DNA of 64,000 nucleotides, taken from assembly GCF_009914755.1 (NCBI RefSeq), contig NC_060926.1. One strand, written 5' to 3'. This stretch comes from the human T2T-CHM13v2.0 reference genome, Homo sapiens. Both the position numbers and the translations under genes were made by a program. Below, in pieces: positions 27,128 to 39,689 of the stretch (the first letter of the stretch is position 1; each line of letters starts with the position of its first letter). The notes beneath the pieces are model-generated. The model saw only the letters and a list, made by a program, of their open reading frames with translations, searched no databases and was not told the origin of the DNA.

Positions 27128-28759
27128 GTATATATGCGTCTCTACTTGATATAGCTGCATCATCCAATGATGGGTATATATGCATCATCCAGTGATGCTG
27201 GGTGCTGGAAGATCGCCATTTAGTACCCAGGTGGCAATTAATTTTGTGGTATTGTATTTCTGGGTGTTCCCTCCATTCCTGACATTCTTTATCATCTATG
27301 ATTCAATTATTTGCCTGGCTCAAGAAAGCACCTTTATTTCCCAGTGAACCACGATGTGATAGAGGTGACTTTAAGTAACTGGTTTATTGTGATCAACATG
27401 GGTCAAAGGAATAGGTGTGCAGTGCCACTCCAGAAACTTACCAGAGAGTACTTTTGTCTTCTAGAAAGTGAACCCGGAGGCTCAGTTTCTCCAGAATTCA
27501 TCTTCCTCTGCCCACTCCACCAACAGAACAGTTGGCATCCTTTAGACCAGGGGTCCCAATCCCAGGCTGCAGACTAATATGGTCTATGGCTTAGGCTCCA
27601 TCATTCTAGGGTTTGATTTTTAGTTTACTTTTCTTGTCTGCCATACTGGAATTTGCTAATATAGCTGTGGTCCCTGTACCTTATTATGGTGTAACAAATG
27701 CAATAAGGATAGGGGCTTCTTCTGATAATTAAGACTTCCATCTGCCCTCCCTAGGTTCAACTTTAATGCTTCCTACAGATGGGCAACAGGGCTATCTGCT
27801 CAGTGCAACCCCCAGAATTCCAATTGTCTGTGCTGTCTCCACTCCATACCATAACTAAGCCTAGGAAGCGCCTCCTGAAGTTCTTCACTGGGCTGAATTA
27901 AGAACAGGATCATCGTTCTCTATCTGGGTGTTTTCTACCCCACTGAGAGAGGTGAAATTGTCAGAACAAAAATTTAGGAATTTACCAAATGCAGTTTTTT
28001 TTTGGCTGATAATTACTATTATTAACAATAATGACAATGATAAGCTTAGAAAAATTAAACACTAAACAATGGCTGCCGTAAGAACACTGAAATGACTTTA
28101 TAGTTTACAATCAGTCTTTCGTCTTTCAGGGATATTTTTGTGGACATCTGGTGCCACATTACCTGTTTCTTCATCATGCTATATTGAGTTATTTACTCCA
28201 CAATAAAGGTAGACCTACTGATGAGAAATGTCAGGGCAACCTTTGTGTATTTCAGTTACCCTCAGCAAGGTGCTACCAGCTAGCATTAGTGTATTTCTGG
28301 TGTTGGTAACAGGATCATGTGAGCCTTGTAGATGAGAACTCCTTGTTGCTCAGGGGATCATGGAATGCTGCTCTCTTTCAGACAGCCATCTTCGGGGAAG
28401 AGAAGGGTCTCTGGCAGAGCTCTATGGGTCCTGCACTTCTCTTTCACCTCTCTGCCTTGTTCTTTCACTCATTAATTTCTTGACAATTTATTTTCCTTAA
28501 TAACTCTAGTTCCTTCTGTTTATCTTCTTCTGTCAATCCTTGCATCCATTGCAAATCCATCACCTGCTCTGAAATACCACACTGAAGGGAGGTACTCCTA
28601 AAGACCTTCCTTCTTTTCCACTCTTGTTTTACCCTTGGCTTACACAACTGTTGAACAACTGGAGCTGAGGACAAAAAGCACATAAATTCCAAAGGTCAAC
28701 GGAATCACTTCTTCATAGTTTACATCTCCTGTGTCTTAAGTAGAACTCAAATAGAACAT

Positions 28760-28965
28760 AAGCATTGAGAACAGAGGTCTGAGTTGGAGGTCAAGACATC
28801 GTTTACTAGCTGAGGGACTTTGGCTTTATTTTTCTCATCTCTAAGAGGGAAAAGATAAAAATCTACTTCACAGACCTGTTGCTGGGAATAATGAGATAAT
28901 TTATGTACAGTACTTAGCACATTGCTTGGCACATAAAAAGTGCTCAATAAATGTTATATATTTAT
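28760..28965 (+). mobile_element. MIR
   Basis: TTTCTCATCTCTAA...ATGAGATAAT...CTTAGCACATTGCTTGGCACATAAAAAGTGCTCAATAAATG. Confidence 0.75.
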
Positions 28966-30289
28966 AACATTATTTGTAACACCTCGTCTTTCAAGGAATT
29001 ATGGGAATTATTCTGTTTGTCAGACTTTGTTTATGGAAATTATGTCCTTTTGATGGCCCAATTTTTCTTTTCCTTTTCTTCATCTTTTGATAACATACTA
29101 TTAAATGTCAACAATTCATACTAATTGGAACTAGTGTAATAAGCTGTCCTCCTCATCAGTATTAGCAGTCTTTGAACATGGCATAAAAATATGCCCATTT
29201 TGGCTTACAGGTCCTTGATTCTCTAATGATAATAGTGCAGGAAAAACATTAGATATGGAGTTCAACTTTTTAAAACTGTCTTGATGTTGGTGACCAATAA
29301 TTTAAAAGAGGTTAGCATATTTTAAGGTGACTAAAACTGTACAAATGAAATTGCCATTTAAAAATGTCTGTTCATTTGCTTTTCTCCAATGCAGATATTT
29401 TAAATAAGAAGAAGTGAGGCAAGAAAAATGTAAACAAATATTAGGTATAAACTAGGAACTTAGTCTTTTATTTTCTGAATCAGATGGATGATATTTAAAA
29501 GTCTGGGTGAATGATAAATGGTAGAAAAAAATTAAATAACAGTCAATATGCACAACTTAATGGAGGTAAAATAAGACTTACTTACTTTTATCTCTATAAA
29601 TTAAAATGATTTTGAAAATCAAGCTGCCAAAATAAAGGTGTGGATTTTATCATTAAAGCAATGCCCAAGAGACATGTTATTGAGAAATTATGTGGCATTG
29701 GTTTGTTGTTACTAGCGAAATGAATGCCTAACTGAAGTTGATTTCATAAAGATTTAGTGTGTGTATGTACTTGTGTGTCTGTGTGTATATATGTATATAT
29801 ATATTTGTATACACACGCACACATGTCTACCATGTGACATGTTGCTATTTTTACAACTTATTTTAAAACAGCTAAAATTTTCTAGATGAGATTAAACATT
29901 TTCCATAAAAATAAAATTACAATAGTTACCTCAAAGTTTGTTTATCCTGGAAAAAAAAGTGCTAACATAAGAGTTGTTCAATAATATTTTACCAAAATTT
30001 TGTCAGAACTCCATTAAAAACAATTCAAGACCACAGTGGTCTAATTTCAACACTGGCATCATTAACCTAACATATTTATGGAATATTCACTATATGTTCT
30101 GTTTTCTGCTTAAGTATATGAATTAAACATAGTTTAAATAGTTTACTCAAAGAACATGCCATTTGCTTCATTGATTTCACACTCTCTGACGTATGTATTA
30201 ATAAGAACATAGGAATCCACACACAGAAATAATAGCATTCCTATGGTGCATTAATAAAAATGTATGAATTTTCTATGTCTAGGACATGT

Positions 30290-30845
30290 ATTCATTATTT
30301 GGGTGGGTCTTATATTTCAGGTACTGTTCTGTGAACCACGTTTATGGAAGTGATCAAAACAGGCAAACATCTCTGCCTTCATGGAATTTACATTTTTCTT
30401 GGAGGAGGCAGACAATAGACAAAATATTTAGTATGTCAGCTAAATACTAAAGGGAAAAACCAGAGGAGGGGATAGTGTGTGGTATTGAGGGTCAAGGCCA
30501 GTCTCAGTAAGAAGGCAGCTGTGAGCTGTGACAAGAATGAGGGAAGTGAGCCATACGGAGCCCATGTAAGAGATTTCCAGGCAAAGAGATTAAAAGGTGG
30601 ACGCCTCCTAAGGAATGGACATACCTGCCATGTTTGAGTAATGAGAAAGAAGATAAAATGGCTAAAGTAGAGTGAGTGAGGGCAAGAATAACATCAGAGA
30701 AGTAAAGGAGTCTAGATTGTGAGCATTGTGAACACTGGGGAAGGCATAGACTATTCACAAGGAGATGGGTAGCTACTAAAAAGTTTTGAGAAGAAGAGTA
30801 TGTGATATGATTTAGGGTTGAAAAGGATTGCTCCAGTTTCTGTGT
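30290..30845 (-). mobile_element. L2 fragment
   Basis: CTCTGCCTTCATGGAATTTACATT, GGAAGTGAGCCAT, TTCCAGGCAAAGAG and TGATATGATTTAGG motifs. Confidence 0.7.
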
Positions 30846-31783
30846 CATATAACCCTATGGTCTTGAAACTGGGATATTGTATCCCTGGGGGCATGAGGTG
30901 GCGTGCCTAGAGGTACACAAAATCCCAGGATCAGTTAGTCACATCTTCCCTAAGGATAAAATTTACCCTCAAGACTATGGGGAAAAATGATTACTGTGTT
31001 AAGAAAAACATTTAAATTTTATATAAATTATTGTAAAATTCCCGTGATTTTAAAAATAAAGTATCAATAATATTTCATATTTGTGGCATCTTAGGCTTTA
31101 ATCTTACAGGTTTAAGCTTCTTGGCCATCAGGAGTAATTTGTTGAAATTGCAAATTAATTTGGCAAAATTATCATAATTATGTGCCCTGAGAGCTTATGT
31201 ATCTTATGATAGTGCAGGAAACTTGTGAGATGAAATAGTTGAGTGTATACATTAAAATAATTTGATCTACCAAGTCACTTTAATTATTTATTTGTTCAGT
31301 GTTAAAAATATATTTTCATAACCAAACTAATACATCTTAATAATGTTGTAGAAATGGAAGTAAGGTAAAATTTAAGAAACTGGGTTTGTTCTTCTGACTT
31401 GCTTATTAATACTGGATAAGTTACTGAAGAGTGGGCTTTGGTTTCCTCGTCTATTTAATAGTGTGGGAACAACCTTATGTTAAAGCAATCTATTCAGTAT
31501 AACTTTAGCACACAGAAAATAAAATATTATGAATCCAAAGAAAGTGTAGCTTGCAATCATGTATTTTATTAAATGTATTTATCAGCATTTTGGCTTCTGA
31601 TGGACATGTGTATATACATATTTTGTGGATAAAAAAATTACTTAACTATTTTTATATTAGATACTATCAATTATTCTGGCTGATCTGGGGACTTTTAATG
31701 GTAAATTTTATATCAAATCTGACAAAGACAGTATTTCAGACCCGTTTAAGACCTAGAACTCACCATGAGTTCTAAAATTGGTT

Positions 31784-31804
31784 CTCAGCACCATGGACAG
31801 CGTT
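31784..31804 (+). promoter_or_regulatory. RE1/NRSE silencer (REST/NRSF binding site) upstream of SCN2A exon 1
   Basis: CTCAGCACCATGGACAGCGTT matches the consensus TTCAGCACCATGGACAGCGCC at 18/21 with canonical spacing; about 0.9 kb upstream of exon 1, as known for the type II sodium channel promoter. Confidence 0.92.
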
Positions 31805-32499
31805 ACTGCAATAGGAAATTAAAGATCGATTTGGCCCCAAATTAAAATGGTGTTGTAAAAAAGTGGGAGAAAAAAAATGCCTATCCTTTTACTTCAAATT
31901 TTAAAAAAATGATCCTGGCCTTCACAACTGTTCATAAGAAGAATAATTAATTAAACAAACATATATTGAGAACATCATATGCTCAGTAAAACTTTGATTC
32001 TATAAATGGTGTCATTTACCAAATGGATTCTTTTGACAATTTAATTTTCTCTTATCTCTCTAAGAAGATGTAACTACACACTATAGTATACTACTACAAT
32101 TATCAAATTTCATGTTGCATGTAACTTGTCGTCTGTATTTTTGTAGTTAGATTAGATTAACTAAAGATTTTTCAAGTTTGCCTTTAAGTCATTTAATTTT
32201 CCTGCCTTATCTTTAACCTTTCAACATTCCTCCAAACAATAGCAACACAAGTGTTATGTGTTAACTTCTCTAGTGACAAAAACTTATACTTCTCCACAAA
32301 GAGATGTGATGTTCATTATCAATAAGCTTGACATCTAAAATTGTTTTATAGGAGATACATATTACTTTTTCAGATGGTATATAAAGTTAAATAAATCTTA
32401 AGTTTTCAATGATGGGAAAAGCTTCCATTTAGTTTAAACATAATGTAAAGAAATTTGAATCCCCAAAATAGAATTATAATTCTAAAAATTCATACTATA

Positions 32500-32713
32500 A
32501 TTCTTCTTAAATGTTTAAATTACAGTTAATTAAAGTAGTTGATTTCAAATAGAGTGGAATTATGGGCTGTACATCATTTAATTTTATGTGCTGACTGCTA
32601 CATAGCCAAAGGAACGTGAATTAAGATGGTTCCACTTTTGACCAGGAGATGGAGCTGTCATGTAAGATGCTGCCTTTATTTATTTATTTTTCTAATTTAG
32701 CATGCTGTTTTCT
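32500..32713 (+). promoter_or_regulatory. SCN2A: SCN2A proximal promoter (no CpG island)
   Basis: Inferred from position: unique sequence directly upstream of recognised exon 1; boundaries arbitrary. Confidence 0.6.
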
Positions 32714-32940
32714 AACAGACATTGGGTACCATCGAATGACTGTCAGAACAGAAAGCTAAGGCAAAGGAGGGAGGATGCTGTGGTCATCCTTTCTTGTTTT
32801 TTTCTTCTTTAATGAGGATAGAGCACATGTGAGATTTTACTTTCTACTCCAGTAAAAATTCTGAAGAATTGCATTGGAGACTGTTATATTCAACACATAC
32901 GTGGATTCTGTGTTATGATTTACATTTTTCTTTATTTCAG
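32714..32940 (+). other. SCN2A: SCN2A non-coding first exon (5'UTR)
   Basis: AACAGACATTGGGTACCATCGAATGACTGTCAGAACAGAAAGC...TTTATTTCAG recalled as the SCN2A mRNA leader; consensus donor CAG|GTAAGC at 32940/32941; upstream RE1 supports it. Exact TSS is from memory. Confidence 0.85.
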
Positions 32941-33958
32941 GTAAGCCAGCATGATTCTATTTTTGACTTATCCACGGATTGTTATCTATGTTAAGAATGA
33001 CATTTAATATAAGATGTGTGCTTTGTTAGCTTGTATTCAGATCTAAGAGATTCAAAAGCTCTAATTCTAGCTGTTGTGCAATTTAAAATCTTCCTAGGCT
33101 GAAATGAGCTCTGACTATGACATACCGTGTTTTATTATTTCTTTGGCTTTCTAGCTGTTGGTCTCTGTCTCTGGCTGTATTTGTTTACCTTTTAAAGGTA
33201 AAGCTTTCAAAGTGAAGGATGGGTTTTCCTTTCACAAGGGAAATACTGCTCCTTAATGCAGTGAACAAATTGTAGAGATATAATGAAGCAGATTAACATG
33301 GCAGTGGCTCTGCCAAAGCTCAGGGCTGAGCCTTCTGATTGCAGCCTCAGAGGCAAGCCAATATTCTGAGTCCAAAGGCCTTTTGAACGATTTCTGCTGG
33401 CTATGATGGTACAGATTGTTTATGTCTTTATTTTTACCTCTTAGAAATAATACGTAAGTCATTTCTCCCACATGAATCAAGATTTATGTAATGTGTTTAA
33501 TAGACTTGGAATGAGACTATAGACCCTCCCTCCTCCCCCAGTATGGATGTGAGGAGTATGCTGAACACAAATTAATTGCCATGAAAATTGATTTTTTCTG
33601 TATTTTATTGGATTTGGGATAATAGAACCGTGGCCATTTTAAATAGTTGATATTATAGAAGGTGCTCACATTTTAAATTATTTTAGGTCATGTGACATTA
33701 TCTGTGTTAAAGAGTGGAATGACTCAGGAGGTGGAAGTTGCATGCAACAGCCTTGCTTCTCTCTGCTGCTTCTCGTGATTTCCCTTAAATCCTTGCTTGA
33801 TTATTATTAGAATAACAGGAATAAAGACATATAGAAATCCTATATTTAAAAACCACTGATTTTCATTTAGAGAAATTTAAAGAGATTTTACAAATATTTT
33901 AAAAATAGTTTTGTAAGATTGTTTTTAAATGCCTCACTTCTTTCTCCTGTGGAAAGAG

Positions 33959-33959
<1 letters not shown>

Positions 33960-34007
<48 letters not shown>
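33960..34007. repeat. (TG)24 microsatellite
   Basis: Perfect repeat, directly visible. Confidence 0.98.
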
Positions 34008-34008
<1 letters not shown>

Positions 34009-34442
34009 TGGTGGAGGTGGCAGGCGGTGGAGGTGCATCAGGATGTTTTTATCTCAGTCATTGTTTTCCTGTAAAGAGGTAGTTTTGCCATGTCAGAGGT
34101 TGTGAAAGCTATGGGGAATGATTTTATAAAATGGTTTGGACAAACCATGAAAAAAACATGTTTTTTAAATGTGTGGAATCTATAGAGTTTGTAGTTCTAC
34201 ATGGCTCCATATACATGGAGATTTTTAGAATTACAGATATTTAACCATTTATCCCCATTATCATTTAAAGAAAAGCAATTGTAATTGAGAGATAAGGTGG
34301 ATTTCCCAGAGTCACGTACTAAATTACAATAAGGCAAGGCTAGAACAGTGATTGACAGTTCCACATCTTCCATAGCAGTAACACAATTCACCTCTAGTGT
34401 GAACATATCAGGATGGCATAGACCAGGTATGATGATATTCAC

Positions 34443-34484
34443 TGTGCGTGTGTGTGTGTGTGTGTGTGTGCATGTGTGTGTGTG
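34443..34484. repeat. Interrupted (TG)n microsatellite
   Basis: Directly visible. Confidence 0.95.
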
Positions 34485-36631
34485 TTTGGTTATATTCTGT
34501 AAAATAGAGTTTCTTTCAGTATACTGTTGCTCAATGGCATATTATATGCAGTGCTCAATTTTCTTAGGTTTCTTGTCAAAGCATCCAAGAAAACTGAATG
34601 ACAACTATGGAAACTCTGTTTCTTAGTATGCCTTTTTCATTATTAGGTGGTGTATACTCTTCTACCCTATGCTCATGAATGATGTGGATGGCCACATGGC
34701 TTTCCCTCCTACCTAATAGAAAAGATTGTACATATAGGTTAATCTATTGACAACTATAAGAATATCATCTCATGTCCAAGCCTTTCCTCCTTTGTTCACT
34801 TACTAGGCACAGGCTTTACCCTACTTCTTCAATATCTTGAGAAAAGAAAGGGATTAAAATGTGTCATGTCTACATATATTTGTGGAATACCACGTACCAA
34901 CCAAGTGTCCATGGTAGAGATAAAGAAATAATTAGTCAAGGAGTTTACCTCAGGGAGGTTAACATGCAAATATACATGTGCAGATACCACTATATCTCAA
35001 AATAAGGAATGAAGAAAGATGAGAAAGTGAATGGGACAGGAATATCAGCACCTATCTTGTGCCAGGCACCATGTTACATCCTGGGATTCAGAACAAAACA
35101 ATAATGTTAATTTCTGTCCATGGGGGGCTCAGAGGAAAAGATTTTAGGAGGATGTGACAGTTAAATTAGATCTTTAAGAGTGAGTTGGATATAAATAAAG
35201 AAAAACAGAAAGTTGCTTATTCCAGGTACATAGGTGAGGCAAGTAAATACAAGAAAATGGAGAACTATAGGCATCGTATAGGGAAACTGTAGAGAAAGGT
35301 AAATAACCCAATCTGTTTGAAGCTTTTGTTGTCGGTGTTGTTGTTGCAGTTGTTATTTTTTTTCCCCTGGGGCAGTAAAAGTAAGGATAATGAATTTGGC
35401 TTTTGGTGTTATGCATTTGACATACTGACACATACTCATACACTGGGGTGTTTTATAAGGAGCTGAACATGTTATATCCATGTATCAGATTAGTGGTTAA
35501 GGCTGAATGTATAGATCTGCATGCAGTTGTGGGACAAAATTAGGTCATACATAATTAAACATTAATGGGGAACAAAAGAGAAGTGAAGATGACTGGGGGC
35601 ATAATCTTAAGATTAGGAGAGTAAAAAAGTGTAGAAAACTATTATTAAATTGTGTGAAAATAATGTGAGAAGTTGACGGAATAACAATATCATAGGAGGC
35701 CAAGCAGGTAAATTGAATATCAAAATAGGGATCAGAAACAATAGAAAACCCATAAAGGGGTTGGTTCATAAGAGGATAGAGTAAAGATGATGGATTTAGT
35801 TATCATTATTAGGTCATAAATTAATTTTAAGAGAAGAGGTTTAGTTGAATGGCAGAGACAGGGGCTCTGAGGACTAAATTGGACATGAGAAATCTGGGGA
35901 GTATATTTAAGTTTTAAGAAGTTTGCCAGGGAAAGGTAGGAGAGATAACATTTTATACCTGGAGAAAGAAGGTACTGTTGAGGGAAATTTAACTTTAGTG
36001 CAGATTAGAAAAACCTAAGCCCTTTGTAGAGTAAGGTATGAAGTCAGTAGAGAGAAAATTGAGGAAAGAAGAAACAAAAGTACACCAAGGTCGTGGAAGA
36101 GACAGAAGGAAGGTTTGAAAATGCTTTTCCTTGACACAGGAAGAAAGGGTGGTTGATGATAATGAGCAAAGCTGGTGTAACTCACTTTGGGTGGCCTGTT
36201 TTTCGAAATTAAATCCTTGTTTGTAAGATGAAGTATCTCCTCTGATTAAATCAGTTTGTTCCTCAGTAAAGGCTATTGGTGGCATATGGACTTTCTGGAA
36301 GAAATAATTAATCCTCAGTAGCAAAACACTTTCCTGCAGAATATATTTTAGTCACATTAATTCTTGAATTGGAGACTAATAACACTGTTTCACATGAAGC
36401 TTTTACATACTTCAGTTATCAATTTCTTATTCATAACCACCTATTTAAAAACAGGTTCTATTTAAAACTTGTATTGAATTAGGCCAACACATATCTATTA
36501 TACATATCTAGTTTGATTACTAAGGGCTGGTTTGCCAGTATCTAAATTAATTATTCAAGTTCTTTCCTTTTTTGAATCCTTCAGTTTCATTAGCACGTTC
36601 ACCAGGACTTGTGTAGAGAGAGTCAATGTCA

Positions 36632-36961
<330 letters not shown>

Positions 36962-37020
36962 CTAGCTTCCTTATGAAGCTTCCTACCAGAAGTTCCTTTT
37001 TTCTCCATTTCTTCTGGCAG

Positions 37021-37136
37021 TTACAGAATCCTCTTGGGGCTTTCTTAGAGCCAATCTCCTCTAAGGTGAATGCATTTTCTTGCATTCACCTGTCATGAAA
37101 TGGCAGTGGAAAGACTTGAAGAAGGCACAGGCGTTG
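37021..37136 (+). other. Candidate alternative non-coding (5'UTR) cassette exon
   Basis: Acceptor TTCCTTTTTTCTCCATTTCTTCTGGCAG| and donor TTG|GTGAGT, 116 nt apart. Confidence 0.5.
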
Positions 37137-37276
37137 GTGAGTCATATATATATTTTGCTGATAATAATGAATACCATTGGCAATATAATAGTGGCCATTG
37201 AAATATTATTTCTATTAGGAAAAGATAACTTGCATCAAGAATATGAGATGAAATTCTATTAAAAAATGAAAAGTAG

Positions 37277-37615
<339 letters not shown>

Positions 37616-38468
37616 CTATAACACTCATACGTTAGTGTTATCTCCTCTTTATCCATTTGGGTTTAGTGAAATTGGAGGTCAGTGGAAGGAGAGGTAGAAG
37701 TGGATTTTGCAAATCAGAAGTATAATTTTTTTTTCTGGTAATGTTCCATTAAACTTTTCAGTCAAAACCTTTATGTGGAAGAAGACATAATTACTAACTA
37801 CATTAACAATAATAATGAAAAAATCTTATCATGTAATATCGTTTTGTTTATTAGTGAAACATTTTAGAGAAATGATTTAAGAATCAAAGGTATTTAAGTA
37901 TATTTTATTTATTGGAATGTGATAAAATATTTTTGAGGGTAAAAAACTATAATTTCAGTTAACTGTTTGTACTTACTAAAATAACATTTAGGGGGATAAA
38001 ATGATCTTAGGAAGAAATTGCCCACAAAAAGTGTTTTGAATTGTTTAGATTATTTTTATAGTTTTAAGTTGTTAAGTCTTTTGCTGGTATCTAGGATTAG
38101 TTGGGAGTATAATATGCTTTGAACATGAACATGTCTTGGTGTTATTAGCAAATAGGTATACAATTATGTGATTGTGTAATTACTCAGCTACATCTTGTGT
38201 TGTGTGATATGTATGGGGAAATGACAACAAAATAACAACAGTTCTCTTAAGCATATATGAAGGTAGTGCTTGAAATATCATGGAAAAAAAGAAAGGGAGA
38301 TTATGATAATGTTATGATAAGAGAAGACTGACACTATCCCTCTTCTCTGAATAACTGATATCAAAATGTGAAATTCTAAGGAATGAAGCAAGCTGGTCAG
38401 GGCAATGGTGATGCTGTCTCTGTATCAGCCCAGCATTTCCAGCTAGGATATTTTCCTTCTTTTCTGTG

Positions 38469-38843
38469 TGATACAGTTTGGCTCTGTATCCTCACCCAAA
38501 TCTCACCTTGAATTGTAGTTCCCATAATCTCCACGTGTTGTGGGAGGGACCCTGTGGGAGATAATTTAATCACGGGGGTGGTTACCCTCCTGCTGTTCTT
38601 GTGATAGTGAGTGAGTTCTCACTCGATCTGATGGTTTTATAGGGGTTTTTCTCCCTTTGCTTGACACTTCTCTGTCCTGACACCTTGAGAAGAAGGATGT
38701 GTTTGCTTACCCTTCCGCCATGATTGTAAATTTCCTGAGGCCTTCCCAGCCATGCAGCACTGTGAGTCAATTAAACCTCTTTCCTTTATAAATTACCCAT
38801 TCTTGGGTATTTCTTCACAGCAGCATGAGAACTGACTAACACA
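38469..38843 (+). mobile_element. THE1-family (MaLR) solo LTR
   Basis: TGATACAGTTTGGCTCTGT...GACTAACACA; near TSD CTGTG/CTATG. Confidence 0.9.
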
Positions 38844-38979
38844 CTATGTCTCCCCTGGATTGAGCAAATGAGGGAGCCCAGCAATTGTCAGGCAGCTAGG
38901 ATCTGTGAGGAGTGCTTAGACCTACACTTACTATTTCCTGAATTAACAGTCTAGAAGACAGGAGCCTAGTTATACAGAC

Positions 38980-39093
38980 AGGGTGACCATAAAATGTGTC
39001 ATCTAAACCAGGATTCAGTTTGTTAATAATTTCTCCACAACGACAGGTATAAATCAAGATGGTTCCAGGTAAACTGGGATGCACAGTCACTCC
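38980..39093. mobile_element. hAT-Blackjack MITE (MER81-like)
   Basis: AGGGTGACCATA...CTGGGATGCACAGTCACTC degenerate terminal inverted repeats. Confidence 0.55.
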
Positions 39094-39689
39094 ACTTCTA
39101 AGGGTCAAGAAACTTCTACATTTAATCAGTCTATTCAATTAAATTGTTCATGATTTTGTTGCCTAAGTGTTAGAAAGTTAAAATGTGAAATGACCTATCA
39201 ATTAGACAAAGGGCATTCAGCTAAGCTGCTCCAATTACTGGCCTTGATAAATCCATCAACCGAAATCTCTAATGATTCTTGTTGAATCCTTAGTTATATC
39301 ACCAGGAATGATGTCACTCCAATAATGTTAAGCCTGACTTCCCAGGGAATTCAACTGTGTGCAAAAAAAAACTGTTAGTAAATTATGCTGTTATTACAAA
39401 CCTAGACTCACAGCATCAGAAATCTATTCAAATATAAAAGCAAAAGCAGGATAAAATATGGATTCAAATTATTTCCACATTTGGGTATGCATCTTTTAAG
39501 GAGTTTTCATGAATGTGTAATCCTTAGAAGATAGGAATTTAGCTCCAAGAACACTGGAATTTTCTCCACTGGCACTTTATACCCAAATCTTGGTAATGTC
39601 AATATGCATATGTATGGCCTCTTAACAGACTATCCTGTAAAGTAGTTAAATTATTTTCCTCCAATGATCATGTTTTTTTTACCCTTCTT

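Noticed and set aside
27546-27595. Possible MER1-like DNA transposon end (CAGGGGTCCCAATCCC)
   Set aside because: Too short and degenerate to call without alignment.
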